Position numbers and translations under genes: made by a program. DNA of 64,000 nucleotides from Ignavibacteriota bacterium (GTDB taxonomy: Bacteria > Bacteroidota > Ignavibacteria > UBA10030 > UBA6906), in NCBI GenBank assembly GCA_963837815.1, contig CAWIOS010000014.1, forward strand, positions 19,426 to 83,425. The letters run 5' to 3'. A model generated the notes under the pieces. The model was not told the DNA's origin and searched no databases. It saw nothing but the letters and a program-made list of their open reading frames with translations. Shown here one piece after another: positions 11,333-19,770 of the stretch. Positions within the stretch are counted from its first letter, which is position 1. Each line of letters begins with the position of its first letter.

Positions 11333-13155
11333 TGTTCTGTTCCTTTCACATAGGTGCCGTCGTTTGTCCAGAGCCGGTTGAACACGTAGAAAAGTCCTCC
11401 CGCGCTTGCGATGAAGAACCCGAGAAGTATGTATGCGTATTCCATTCTTCCGTACAGGAAGTTTCCCACCGAGAAGAGTGCGGACCAGATTGCCGTGCAT
11501 CCGGCAAACCAGCCGAGGAGGGCGAGAGGGATGTTTTCCCCCGGACCGGCGGCGCCGGCCGGGAGCCCCGCCTCGTTCCGGACCTCGTTCCACCCGGGGC
11601 CGAACGGGCGGACCTTTTTGTAGAATGCAATGAGCGTGCTCCGCTCGGTTTTCGGAGCGAGGAACGCCGTGAGGATCCAGCAGATCGTCGTGAAGGCGAT
11701 CGTGATGAGGAGCCCGATATGCGCGCTGACGTGCGTTCCCGTCTTGTTCAGGATAAGGAGGGCGAGGGAAACCACAAACGAGCTCACCATCGCGGCAACC
11801 TCGCTCCATGCGTTTACCCGCCACCAGAACCAACGCACGAGGTAAAGGAGCCCGGTCCCCGCGCCGACCTGCAGTATGATGTCGAACGCGTCCTTTGCGC
11901 TGTCAAGGAGGTAGACGGTCCCCGATGCCGCGAAGAAAAGCCCGAGCGTCACAAACCGCCCGACCATGACGTAGTGTTTCTCGGTCTCCGTTTTCCGGAT
12001 GAACCTTCTGTAGAAATCATGAACCAGGTACGATGCTCCCCAGTTCAGGTGCGTCAGTATCGTCGAAGAGTTTGCGGCGATCAGTCCTCCCACCATCAGC
12101 CCGATGAACCCGACGGGGAGGAACTTGAGCATCGCGGGGTAGGCGATGTCGTGCCCGAGGAGGTGAGGATCAAGCGCGGGGAACGCCGCCTGTATGTCGG
12201 AAAGCTGCGGGTAGATGATGAGCGAGCAGAGTCCCACGAGTATCCACGGCCAGGGACGGAGCACGTAATGCGCGATATTGAAAAAGAGGACCGCGGCGAG
12301 TGAATCGCGTTCCGATTTGGACGCCAGCATCCGCTGCGCGATGTAGCTTCCGCCTCCGGGCTCCGCGCCCGGGTACCAGACCGCCCACCACTGGACAGCC
12401 ACCGGCATGATAAACACCGCGACGGCGATGTCCCAGTTGTTCGTGAAATCGGGGAGTATGTTGAGGTAGTTGATTCCCCCGGGGCCTTTCAGTGCGGAAA
12501 GCTTCTGGACGAGTCCCGAGAGTCCGCCGATCTGGGGGAGCGTGACCGCAAAATACGCGGCGGCGATCACCGCGGTCATCTTGATGAAGAACTGCACCAT
12601 GTCGATGACAAGAACGCCCCAGAGTCCCGAGTACGTCGCGAAAACGGCGTTCAGGCATCCGATGAACAGGAGCGTCTGCCATCTCTCAAACCCGAAGAGT
12701 ATCCCGGCGATTTTGCATGCCGCCAGGTTGACGGACGCCATGATCATGCAGTTGAAAAAGAGGCCGAGGTAAACAGACCGGAAGCCGCGCACGAAGCTTG
12801 CCGCTTTTCCCGAATACCGGATTTCGTAGAATTCCAGGTCCGTCATCACCCCCGAGCGCCGCCAGAGTCGCGCATAAAAAAACACTGTCGATACGCCGGT
12901 CAATACGAACGCCCACCAGACCCAGTTCCCCGCGACGCCGTTCCTCCGGACGATGTCCGTGACGAGGTTCGGCGTGTCGCTGCTGAACGTCGTGGCGACC
13001 ATGGAAAGCCCCGCGAGCCACCAGGGGACGGCGCGGCCCGATGCGAAGAACTCCGACGTGCTCTTTCCCGCGCGCTTTCCGAAGAACAGCGACGGGAAGA
13101 AACAGATGATGAGCGAAATCAGGACGATAACCCAGTCCAGCAATTGAAGGTGCAC
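11329..13155 (-). CDS. Sodium:solute symporter family protein
   Basis: FFASGRAVPWWLAGLSMVATTFSSDTP, AQRML, many TM helices. Confidence 0.92.
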   Translation of the reverse strand: MHLQLLDWVIVLISLIICFFPSLFFGKRAGKSTSEFFASGRAVPWWLAGLSMVATTFSSDTPNLVTDIVRRNGVAGNWVWWAFVLTGVSTVFFYARLWRRSGVMTDLEFYEIRYSGKAASFVRGFRSVYLGLFFNCMIMASVNLAACKIAGILFGFERWQTLLFIGCLNAVFATYSGLWGVLVIDMVQFFIKMTAVIAAAYFAVTLPQIGGLSGLVQKLSALKGPGGINYLNILPDFTNNWDIAVAVFIMPVAVQWWAVWYPGAEPGGGSYIAQRMLASKSERDSLAAVLFFNIAHYVLRPWPWILVGLCSLIIYPQLSDIQAAFPALDPHLLGHDIAYPAMLKFLPVGFIGLMVGGLIAANSSTILTHLNWGASYLVHDFYRRFIRKTETEKHYVMVGRFVTLGLFFAASGTVYLLDSAKDAFDIILQVGAGTGLLYLVRWFWWRVNAWSEVAAMVSSFVVSLALLILNKTGTHVSAHIGLLITIAFTTICWILTAFLAPKTERSTLIAFYKKVRPFGPGWNEVRNEAGLPAGAAGPGENIPLALLGWFAGCTAIWSALFSVGNFLYGRMEYAYILLGFFIASAGGLFYVFNRLWTNDGTYVKGTEQ

Positions 13156-13266
13156 GGGTGGATCCTTTCGGGGGGGTGTGGAAGCCTTCGTTCCATTCGC
13201 CGGTGGACCCCAATTTGGCCAGACTTTTCCCGAGAATCAAGCCGTCCCCCGTGTGCGGGAATCACG

Positions 13267-13317
13267 TCGCGCTCGAGCGCGAACGAACTTGAAACTTCGA
13301 TCTCGAATCACGATATT
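13267..13317 (+). promoter_or_regulatory. Perfect 16-bp palindrome followed by a putative sigma70 promoter for the PAP2 pair
   Basis: TCGCGCTCGAGCGCGA at 13267-13282; TTGAAA(13289)-17 bp-GATATT(13312). Confidence 0.35.
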
Positions 13318-13407
13318 GATACACTTCCGGGTCAGTCTCCCGGGATTTTCCGGACCCTGTTTTTAAATCCGCGATCCGGGAAACCCCATCCTCAGGCAAG
13401 TGAGTGA

Positions 13408-14337
13408 ATGTGTTCTTTCAGTTCTGCACGCGGTGCGGGACGGGTTCTGTGCCTCGGCCTTGCTCTCGTCGCGCTCATTTCCGTGCAGGTGCGTTCTCAG
13501 AATGAATCAGGTCCGTCGGCGCAGGTCCGGGGTGATTCGTCGCGTGCTGAGGGGAATGCCGAGTTCCTCCCCTCGTGGCATGCGGCGATAACGAATATCC
13601 CTGCGGACTGGCTCCGTTTTGCCGGCATCGCCTTTGCGCCGCGCTATGCTCCGATAATGGCGGGGACGGCCGGGCTTACGGCTGTTCTCGTCGCAACGGA
13701 CAACGCGACGTGGATACAGTCCCACAAGTGGTACACGCAATCGCATGCGGTCAAAGTCTTGAGCGACGACGTGGAGTGGGTCGGAGACGGCCGGCCGCAG
13801 TTCGGTCTGGCCGCCGCATTCGTGCTCTACGGGTTCGCCGAACAGGATTCGCGGGCGCTCCGCACGGGGAGCCAGATCGTCGAAACGATACTCGCAAGCG
13901 GCACGGTCGTCCAGGTTCTGAAGCACATCACGGGACGCGAGAGCCCGTTCGTGTCGTCGGTCGCGGGGGGACGATGGGATCTGTTCCCGAACCAGATCGA
14001 GTATTCAAAACATGTCCCGCACTACGACGCGTTTCCGTCGGGTCATGTGACGACCGCGCTGGCCACGGTTACCGTGGTCATTGAGAACTACCCGGAATGG
14101 TGGTGGGCGCGTCCGGTAAGCTATACCGCCGTCTCGCTCCTTGCCGTGAGCATGGGGAATACGGGAATTCACTGGTACAGCGACTACCCGCTCGCCGTGG
14201 CTCTCGGGTATTCATTCGGCATGATCGCCTCCCACCCGATGGCGACAGGGGGGCTGGCGCCGGGAGAAACGCAATTCTCCGTGGCCCCGCTCCTGGAGCC
14301 GGACGGGGTGGGGATCGCCGTACGATTCTCATTTTAG
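13408..14337 (+). CDS. PAP2-superfamily protein, divergent, paralog 1
   Basis: KHITGRESP, FPSGH, HWYSD; signal peptide; C-terminal ...GIAVRFSF. Confidence 0.85.
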   Translation: MCSFSSARGAGRVLCLGLALVALISVQVRSQNESGPSAQVRGDSSRAEGNAEFLPSWHAAITNIPADWLRFAGIAFAPRYAPIMAGTAGLTAVLVATDNATWIQSHKWYTQSHAVKVLSDDVEWVGDGRPQFGLAAAFVLYGFAEQDSRALRTGSQIVETILASGTVVQVLKHITGRESPFVSSVAGGRWDLFPNQIEYSKHVPHYDAFPSGHVTTALATVTVVIENYPEWWWARPVSYTAVSLLAVSMGNTGIHWYSDYPLAVALGYSFGMIASHPMATGGLAPGETQFSVAPLLEPDGVGIAVRFSF

Positions 14338-14373
14338 ATGACGACTTTAATTCACTCGCACCCTGGAAATCGA

Positions 14374-15336
14374 ATGAAGTATTTCCATCTCATCATGGCA
14401 GTCTCTCTCGCGGGCGCCGCGCCGGGTGCGCGCCTCCTCGCGCAGGAGGAAGAGTCCAGCCCTCCCGGGACCGTCTCCGAGATCCAGCCCGATATGCACC
14501 TTGACGACGCTGACACGCTCGCCGCGGGGCAGGAAGTCTCCCCGGCGCAATCGGGTCCCGCCTGGTACTCCATGATTACGAATATTCCGGGAGACTGGGT
14601 CACGACGGGAAAACTGGCGTTCGGGTCCGAGGGGCTCAAGGTGCTGGGTGGAGTTGCCGTTGCCACGGGGATCCTATTTGTGAGCGACCACCAATTATAC
14701 GCTGTGTCCCACAATGCGTACATCCGATCCGCAAACGTGCAGTTTGCGAGCGACCAGATGATCCGCGCCGGGGATGGGAGGACGACGATCGGCATCGCGG
14801 CGGCGTTCGGTCTCTACGGGTTTGCGGCGGACGATTCGCGGGCGTTCCGGACCGCGAGCGGATTGGTCGAGGCCTTCGTGGCCTCGGGCATCACAGTCCA
14901 GCTTCTGAAGCATATCTCGGGGCGCGAGAGTCCGCAGGTCGCGACGGAACTGGCGGGGGAATGGCGGCCGTTCCCCGGACTCCGGGCATATAATAGTAAT
15001 CAACCCAGGTACTACGCATTCCCCTCCGGGCACCTCACGACGGCGATGGCGACGGTGACCGTTATCGCGGAAAACTACCCCGATGCCGGCTGGATACGAC
15101 CCGTTGGCTACAGCATCGTCGGGCTGACGGGCGTCAGTCTCGTCAACAAGGGGTGGCACTGGTACAGTGACTTCCCGCTTGCAATTGCGCTCGGCTACAC
15201 GTTCGGCAATACCGCCGCGCACCACGACGACAGTCCGGGAAGTGACATGAGTGCGGGACCTGCGGGGGCGAAATTGGACGTTTCGCCGAAAATCGGCCCG
15301 ACGGGCCCCGGCGTGATGTTCGCGCTCCAATTCTAA
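14374..15336 (+). CDS. PAP2-superfamily protein, divergent, paralog 2
   Basis: KHISGRESP, FPSGH, HWYSD; signal peptide from MKYFH (alternative start 14338); C-terminal ...GVMFALQF. Confidence 0.85.
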   Translation: MKYFHLIMAVSLAGAAPGARLLAQEEESSPPGTVSEIQPDMHLDDADTLAAGQEVSPAQSGPAWYSMITNIPGDWVTTGKLAFGSEGLKVLGGVAVATGILFVSDHQLYAVSHNAYIRSANVQFASDQMIRAGDGRTTIGIAAAFGLYGFAADDSRAFRTASGLVEAFVASGITVQLLKHISGRESPQVATELAGEWRPFPGLRAYNSNQPRYYAFPSGHLTTAMATVTVIAENYPDAGWIRPVGYSIVGLTGVSLVNKGWHWYSDFPLAIALGYTFGNTAAHHDDSPGSDMSAGPAGAKLDVSPKIGPTGPGVMFALQF

Positions 15337-15387
15337 TCCTCGATTCTCAATCAATCTTCAATCCTCCATTGTCAATCTTTCTCTTTA

Positions 15388-15418
15388 TTGCATGTTTCTC
15401 CGCCCTGACGTATGTTTG
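15388..15418 (+). promoter_or_regulatory. Sigma70-type promoter of the lipoprotein gene
   Basis: TTGCAT-17 bp-TATGTT(TG). Confidence 0.5.
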
Positions 15419-15461
15419 TGGCCGGATTCGTGAGTCTCATCACTATGAAAGGAACTGAAGG

Positions 15462-16040
15462 ATGAAGCGCTGGACAGTGGCTCTCCTCCTGGCGGCGACG
15501 ATCCTGCCTTTGGCCGGCTGCACGAAGCAGCAGCAGTCATCCCAGGCGGGAGTCGACATGACATTGCTGGGGAGCAACACGGGATTGGTGGCGGGTATGA
15601 AGTGGTCGGTTCCGAAAAGGTGGACGGAGCAGGGGCAGCGCCCGATGCGTGTCGCCACGTACAGCGTTCCGGCAGCGCAGGGAGATCCCGAACCGGGAGA
15701 ATGCGCTGTGTTCTATTTCGGACCCAACCAGGGAGGGACCGTCGATCAGAACATCGAGCGGTGGGTATCCCAGTTCGAAACGACCGGCGTTCCCGCGAAA
15801 TCAACAAAGGATGTGAACGGGCTGAAGGTGAGCCTGGTCCAGGTCTTCGGCTCCTATCTCGCCCCCGCCGGTCCGCAGATGGAATCGACAGGGAAGAAGG
15901 AGAATTACAGGCTTCTCGGTGCCATCGTAGAGGGTCCCGAAGGGATGGTGTTCTATAAATTCGTCGGGCCCGCCAAAACCATCGGGGATTCAGAAGCGGA
16001 ATTCAACTCGATGGTCGCGTCAATGGCAAAGGCCGGATGA
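15462..16040 (+). CDS. Hypothetical lipoprotein
   Basis: Lipobox LPLAGC; conserved-looking GGTVDQNIERWVSQF and FYKFVGP segments; SD upstream. Confidence 0.8.
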   Translation: MKRWTVALLLAATILPLAGCTKQQQSSQAGVDMTLLGSNTGLVAGMKWSVPKRWTEQGQRPMRVATYSVPAAQGDPEPGECAVFYFGPNQGGTVDQNIERWVSQFETTGVPAKSTKDVNGLKVSLVQVFGSYLAPAGPQMESTGKKENYRLLGAIVEGPEGMVFYKFVGPAKTIGDSEAEFNSMVASMAKAG

Positions 16041-16074
16041 CGACCTGAAGAGTGTCTTAGGTATAGAGTTGCCT

Positions 16075-16108
16075 GCGCCCGCCGTCCTCGTGACGGCGGA
16101 CGCTTTTT
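16075..16108 (+). terminator. Rho-independent terminator
   Basis: GCG-CCCGCCGTC / GACGGCGGA-CGC stem followed by TTTTT. Confidence 0.7.
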
Positions 16109-16124
16109 AGGTACTATAAGAGGT

Positions 16125-16440
16125 TCATTCCAGCAGACGCTGTACCTCGTCTTCGAATTGGCGCGGCGACTCGGGAACTGAGTAGATGCTCACGATCGTG
16201 CCGCATTTGTCGATCACGAATGTCCTCGGGACCCCGCTGATCCCGCCGAAAAGTTAGGCGACCTCGTTCGTCCCGGGGACCACTTCGTAATTCATTCCGG
16301 TCTTTCCCGCGTATTCCCGCAGCGCATCGGGCTCGTCGAGTCCGATTCCGATTACCCGCAACCCCTTCATTTCGTATCGTGCCTGGAGCGCCACGAATTC
16401 CGGGATTTCTTGATTGCATGGGTAGCACGACGTGGAGCCC
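16125..16440 (-). pseudogene. TlpA-like thioredoxin remnant
   Basis: STSCYPCNQEIPEF...VIGIGLD...NYEV then TAA at 16254-16256; the same frame resumes LFGGISGVPRTFVIDKCG...QRLLE-TGA; N-terminus missing. Confidence 0.8.
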
Positions 16441-16579
16441 GGTGATCCCCCGCTCGCTGTATGTCGAGGTGTCCACAGGCGCCATGTAGAACGCAAGATC
16501 CGAAAGAGTTTCGTCGTCATAGATCACCCGTGCCGGGTCCGCCAGATCGACTATTTTGTAGATGTAACAACAATGCGCG

Positions 16580-16743
16580 CCGCCGGCAATTGCCGTTGAG
16601 GGGGGCTCGATCCTGGACTGAAGGAATTCAGGTCTCCTGGCCAGACATCTGACATCATGCCCGGTCGACTGAAGGGTCGTCAGAAGCCTCCCGCCGACGT
16701 ATCCGGTTGCCCCCACGATGAGGATTCTATGCTGCTTTTCAAT
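16580..16743 (-). pseudogene. N-terminal remnant of an NAD(P)-binding SDR/epimerase (YbjT-like)
   Basis: HRILIVGATGYVGGRLL...GHDVRCLARRPEFL; no canonical start before the first beta strand; similarity lost after about 50 aa. Confidence 0.75.
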
Positions 16744-16840
16744 GTCTTTCGCAGGGTTCGATCAGGTTCGAGGGATCAGAGCATCCTGTACGAGAACAAT
16801 ACTCATCAATACCCGAAGCGTGTTCAACGAAAGAAAGAAC

Positions 16841-16887
16841 TTGACAATCGTCCTTCCTCGCCGTATATTAAATCGTTCAAAACGATT
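16841..16887 (+). promoter_or_regulatory. Near-consensus sigma70 promoter plus palindromic operator
   Basis: TTGACA(16841)-17 bp-TATATT(16864); AATCGTT-caa-AACGATT at 16871-16887 over the expected start site. Confidence 0.75.
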
Positions 16888-16916
16888 ATATCATTTAATT
16901 CGGTCTTCGGGGTTCC

Positions 16917-17822
16917 ATGACATACCTCTCGACACACGAGGTAGCGGCTCTGATCAACGTTACGGAATCGACAATCAAGAGGTGGGCGGATGAGAAGCTC
17001 ATCCCCTGCCACAGGACCCTCGGCGGGCACCGCAAGTTCCTGCTCCAGGACGTTCTTCGCTTTGCCGACGAGAACGCATATCCGGTGAGCGGCACGATAG
17101 CGCCGCCGGGAAATCAGCGAGGCGGTCACGGGCTGGATATCGCGGTCCAGACCCGCAACTACGCCAGGATTGCAGATCACTTCTACGACGGGGCGTTGAA
17201 GGCCGATAAACAGGGTCTGTACGAACTGCTGTCCTATCTCTGCAAACATCATATCCCCCTCACGGCGCTTGCTGACCAGGTAATCCGACCGGCAATGACG
17301 CGTATCGGCCAGGAGTGGATGGATGGCCGACTCGAAATCAACCGGGAGCACCTCGCGTCGAACGCGGTGCTCGATGGGCTGATCCATCTTGCTCCGGAAC
17401 TATACAGGAAACCGTCTCACGGCAGATCCGCCGTCTGTGCGTGCCTCGAGGGGAATTATCACGAGCTGGGGCTTCGCGCGCTGTCGTTTTCCCTGGAAAG
17501 CGAAGGGTGGAAGGTTCATTATCTCGGCGCAAATACGCCCGTGGAGACTCTTCGCTCATTTATAAAGACCGAGCGGCCCGACGTCGTCTGCGTCTCCACG
17601 AAGATCATGAACGGAACTCATCGGGTCCTCCGCGACGTCCAGTCGATCGGCAGAGCAGTCCACAGGCTGAAGACGACATATCTCGTCGGCGGCATATCGA
17701 ACGGAGACCTGTCCGCCGCCGAACTCAAGTGCGACTATGCTTCGAATTCAACAGACGGGGCGATGGCCTTTCTCAAAGATCGCTTCCAGCTGAAACCCGG
17801 TCCGAAGAAGCGCGAACAATAA
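16917..17822 (+). CDS. CarH/LitR-like cobalamin-binding transcriptional regulator
   Basis: N-terminal MerR/excisionase-type HTH (STIKRWAD...RTLGGHRKF); W-x9-EH (WMDGRLEINREH); B12 His motif NYHELG; YLGANTP Rossmann domain. Confidence 0.88.
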   Translation: MTYLSTHEVAALINVTESTIKRWADEKLIPCHRTLGGHRKFLLQDVLRFADENAYPVSGTIAPPGNQRGGHGLDIAVQTRNYARIADHFYDGALKADKQGLYELLSYLCKHHIPLTALADQVIRPAMTRIGQEWMDGRLEINREHLASNAVLDGLIHLAPELYRKPSHGRSAVCACLEGNYHELGLRALSFSLESEGWKVHYLGANTPVETLRSFIKTERPDVVCVSTKIMNGTHRVLRDVQSIGRAVHRLKTTYLVGGISNGDLSAAELKCDYASNSTDGAMAFLKDRFQLKPGPKKREQ

Positions 17823-17899
17823 CGCTCAACCTCTGCCTTGGTGACCGGGTGAGGCCGGATCCATTGACACCGAATAATCGTATTTCTGGAAACATAAGA

Positions 17900-18487
17900 A
17901 TGACACGATATACGTTCCGACGGCAAATGTTCATCACCCGGCCTCTCGAAGAGGTGTTCCCGTTCTTCGCAAGGCCGGAGAATCTGGAGCTCCTGACGCC
18001 GCGCAGTCTCCGGTTCCAGATGCTTACCCCTGGTCCGATCCCGATGAAGGAAGGAACCCTTATCGATTATGCAATACGGTTGTTTGGCGTCCCCTTCCGC
18101 TGGACGACGTACATTGCCGGGTTCACTCCCCCCCGATCGTTTGTGGATATTCAACTCCGCGGGCCCTACTCCTTCTGGCATCACACGCACACATTCCAGG
18201 CAGACGGGGACGGCACCCTCATGACCGATGAGGTCAGGTACGCCATGCCCTGCGGTTACCTTGGCAGAGCGGTCCGCAGGATGCTCGTTAAACGTCAATT
18301 GGACATGATCTTCACGTATCGGGAAGGCAAAATAAGAGCATTTTTCGACGACAATGATCGGACAACTCTCCGGCAGCCGGTCCATACGACAGGGCAGGGT
18401 ATCCCGGCACGGCCGTTCGCCGTCCACCGCCAGGCCGGTCCATCCTTGCGGGGGAATATTCGTGACGCCGAAGGAATGACTCTATGA
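17900..18487 (+). CDS. SRPBCC (START-like) ligand-binding protein
   Basis: FFARPENLELLTP, FVDIQLRGPYSFWHHTHTF, MTDEVRY; ATG at 17900; about 40 aa C-terminal tail. Confidence 0.85.
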   Translation: MTRYTFRRQMFITRPLEEVFPFFARPENLELLTPRSLRFQMLTPGPIPMKEGTLIDYAIRLFGVPFRWTTYIAGFTPPRSFVDIQLRGPYSFWHHTHTFQADGDGTLMTDEVRYAMPCGYLGRAVRRMLVKRQLDMIFTYREGKIRAFFDDNDRTTLRQPVHTTGQGIPARPFAVHRQAGPSLRGNIRDAEGMTL

Positions 18488-18978
18488 GGAGATTGCGAGA
18501 GAAGGTGATCGGATTCCTGAAGCAGGGGATGACGCCCCGCGACCTGGCGCTCGCCTTCACTCTGGGCGTAGTGCTTGGAACGTTCCCGGTACTCGGTGCC
18601 ACGTCCCTGCTTTGCCTGATCGCAAGTGTGGTGCTTAAAATCAACATGCCGGCAATCCAGTTCGTGAACTGGATCGTATCGCCGCTGCAGCTGATGCTCA
18701 TCATCACGTTGTTCAAACTTGGCTCGGTGCTTTTCGGAGCCGGCGCTGTCACGGTTACTCTCGCCGGCATCACCGGGATGATGAGAACGGACCTGCTCGG
18801 AACCATCGGCCAGTTCCTTGTTGTCACAGTGCATGCAATCTTCGCCTGGCTTCTCATGGCTCCCCTGGCGGCAACGCTCCTCTTCGCCGTCTTCCTGCGG
18901 CTCTTCACCCGGGTGCAGATCCAGTACGTCCGCATCCGCGCGGACGCCGGATCGCACGTGAACAATCAGTCCGCATAA
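18484..18978 (+). CDS. DUF2062-family membrane protein
   Basis: TPRDLALAFTLGVVLGTFPVLG pattern; ATGA overlap with the SRPBCC gene. Confidence 0.75.
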   Translation: MRRLREKVIGFLKQGMTPRDLALAFTLGVVLGTFPVLGATSLLCLIASVVLKINMPAIQFVNWIVSPLQLMLIITLFKLGSVLFGAGAVTVTLAGITGMMRTDLLGTIGQFLVVTVHAIFAWLLMAPLAATLLFAVFLRLFTRVQIQYVRIRADAGSHVNNQSA

Positions 18979-18988
18979 GGAGCCCATC

Positions 18989-19732
18989 ATGGCTATCGCG
19001 GTCTTCTTCCTCGGGCACTGGTTCCTTTCCCTCTTCTCGCAGACTTTTTTTCTGCACCGCTATGCCGCACACGGAATGTTCAGGATGTCAAGGAGATGGG
19101 AACGGTTCTTCTTCGTATTCACGTACCTTGTTCAGGGATCATCGTTTCTGAACCCTCGGGCGTACGCGGTGATGCACCGCATGCATCACGCGTTCAGCGA
19201 TACGGAAAAGGACCCCCATTCCCCGAACTTTTTCAGGGACGTGTTCCGTTTCATGTGGCACACGAAAAAGGTCTATATGGGTTTGCTGACGGGCACGCTC
19301 AGGCCCGAAAGGCGGTTCACCGGAAACTACCCCGTCTGGGAGCGATTTGGAAGATTCTCGGATCAATGGGCGCCACGCATTCTCTGGGGCCTTCTGGTCG
19401 GACTGTTCTACTGGCAGTGTGCGACCGCCTGGTGGATGTTTCTGCTCCTCCCGGTTCACTTCCTGATGGGCCCTCTTCACGGCGCCATCGTGAACTGGTG
19501 CGGACACAAATACGGATATGTTAATTTCAACACACGCGACAGGTCGCGCAATACGCTTAACATCGACATCCTTCTGATGGGGGAATTGTTCCAGAACAAT
19601 CATCACAGATTTCCGGGAAGACCGAATTTTGCGGTCAGGTGGTTCGAGGTTGACCCGACGTATTATCTGATCCTCCTGCTTCAGCGCGTCGGCATCATAC
19701 GCCTTGTCAGGCGGCCTGGTTCGGCGACCTGA
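18989..19732 (+). CDS. Membrane fatty-acid (acyl-CoA/acyl-lipid) desaturase
   Basis: His boxes HRYAAH, HRMHH, QNNHH; DPHSP. Confidence 0.92.
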   Translation: MAIAVFFLGHWFLSLFSQTFFLHRYAAHGMFRMSRRWERFFFVFTYLVQGSSFLNPRAYAVMHRMHHAFSDTEKDPHSPNFFRDVFRFMWHTKKVYMGLLTGTLRPERRFTGNYPVWERFGRFSDQWAPRILWGLLVGLFYWQCATAWWMFLLLPVHFLMGPLHGAIVNWCGHKYGYVNFNTRDRSRNTLNIDILLMGELFQNNHHRFPGRPNFAVRWFEVDPTYYLILLLQRVGIIRLVRRPGSAT

Positions 19733-19770
19733 CGCATCAACTATCGGTCAAGTGACCTCCGGAGAACCTC

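Noticed and set aside
11333-11833. N-terminal extension making galM 547 aa
   Set aside because: Overlaps the symporter in another frame; the signal peptide and ATGA coupling place the start at 11332.
16917-17080. Excisionase-like HTH as evidence of a prophage or ICE
   Set aside because: It is fused to B12-binding domains as a regulator; no integrase, transposase or att site is visible in the window.
17315-17899. N-terminal extension of the SRPBCC ORF (390 aa)
   Set aside because: Overlaps the regulator in another frame; the SRPBCC domain begins at ATG 17900.
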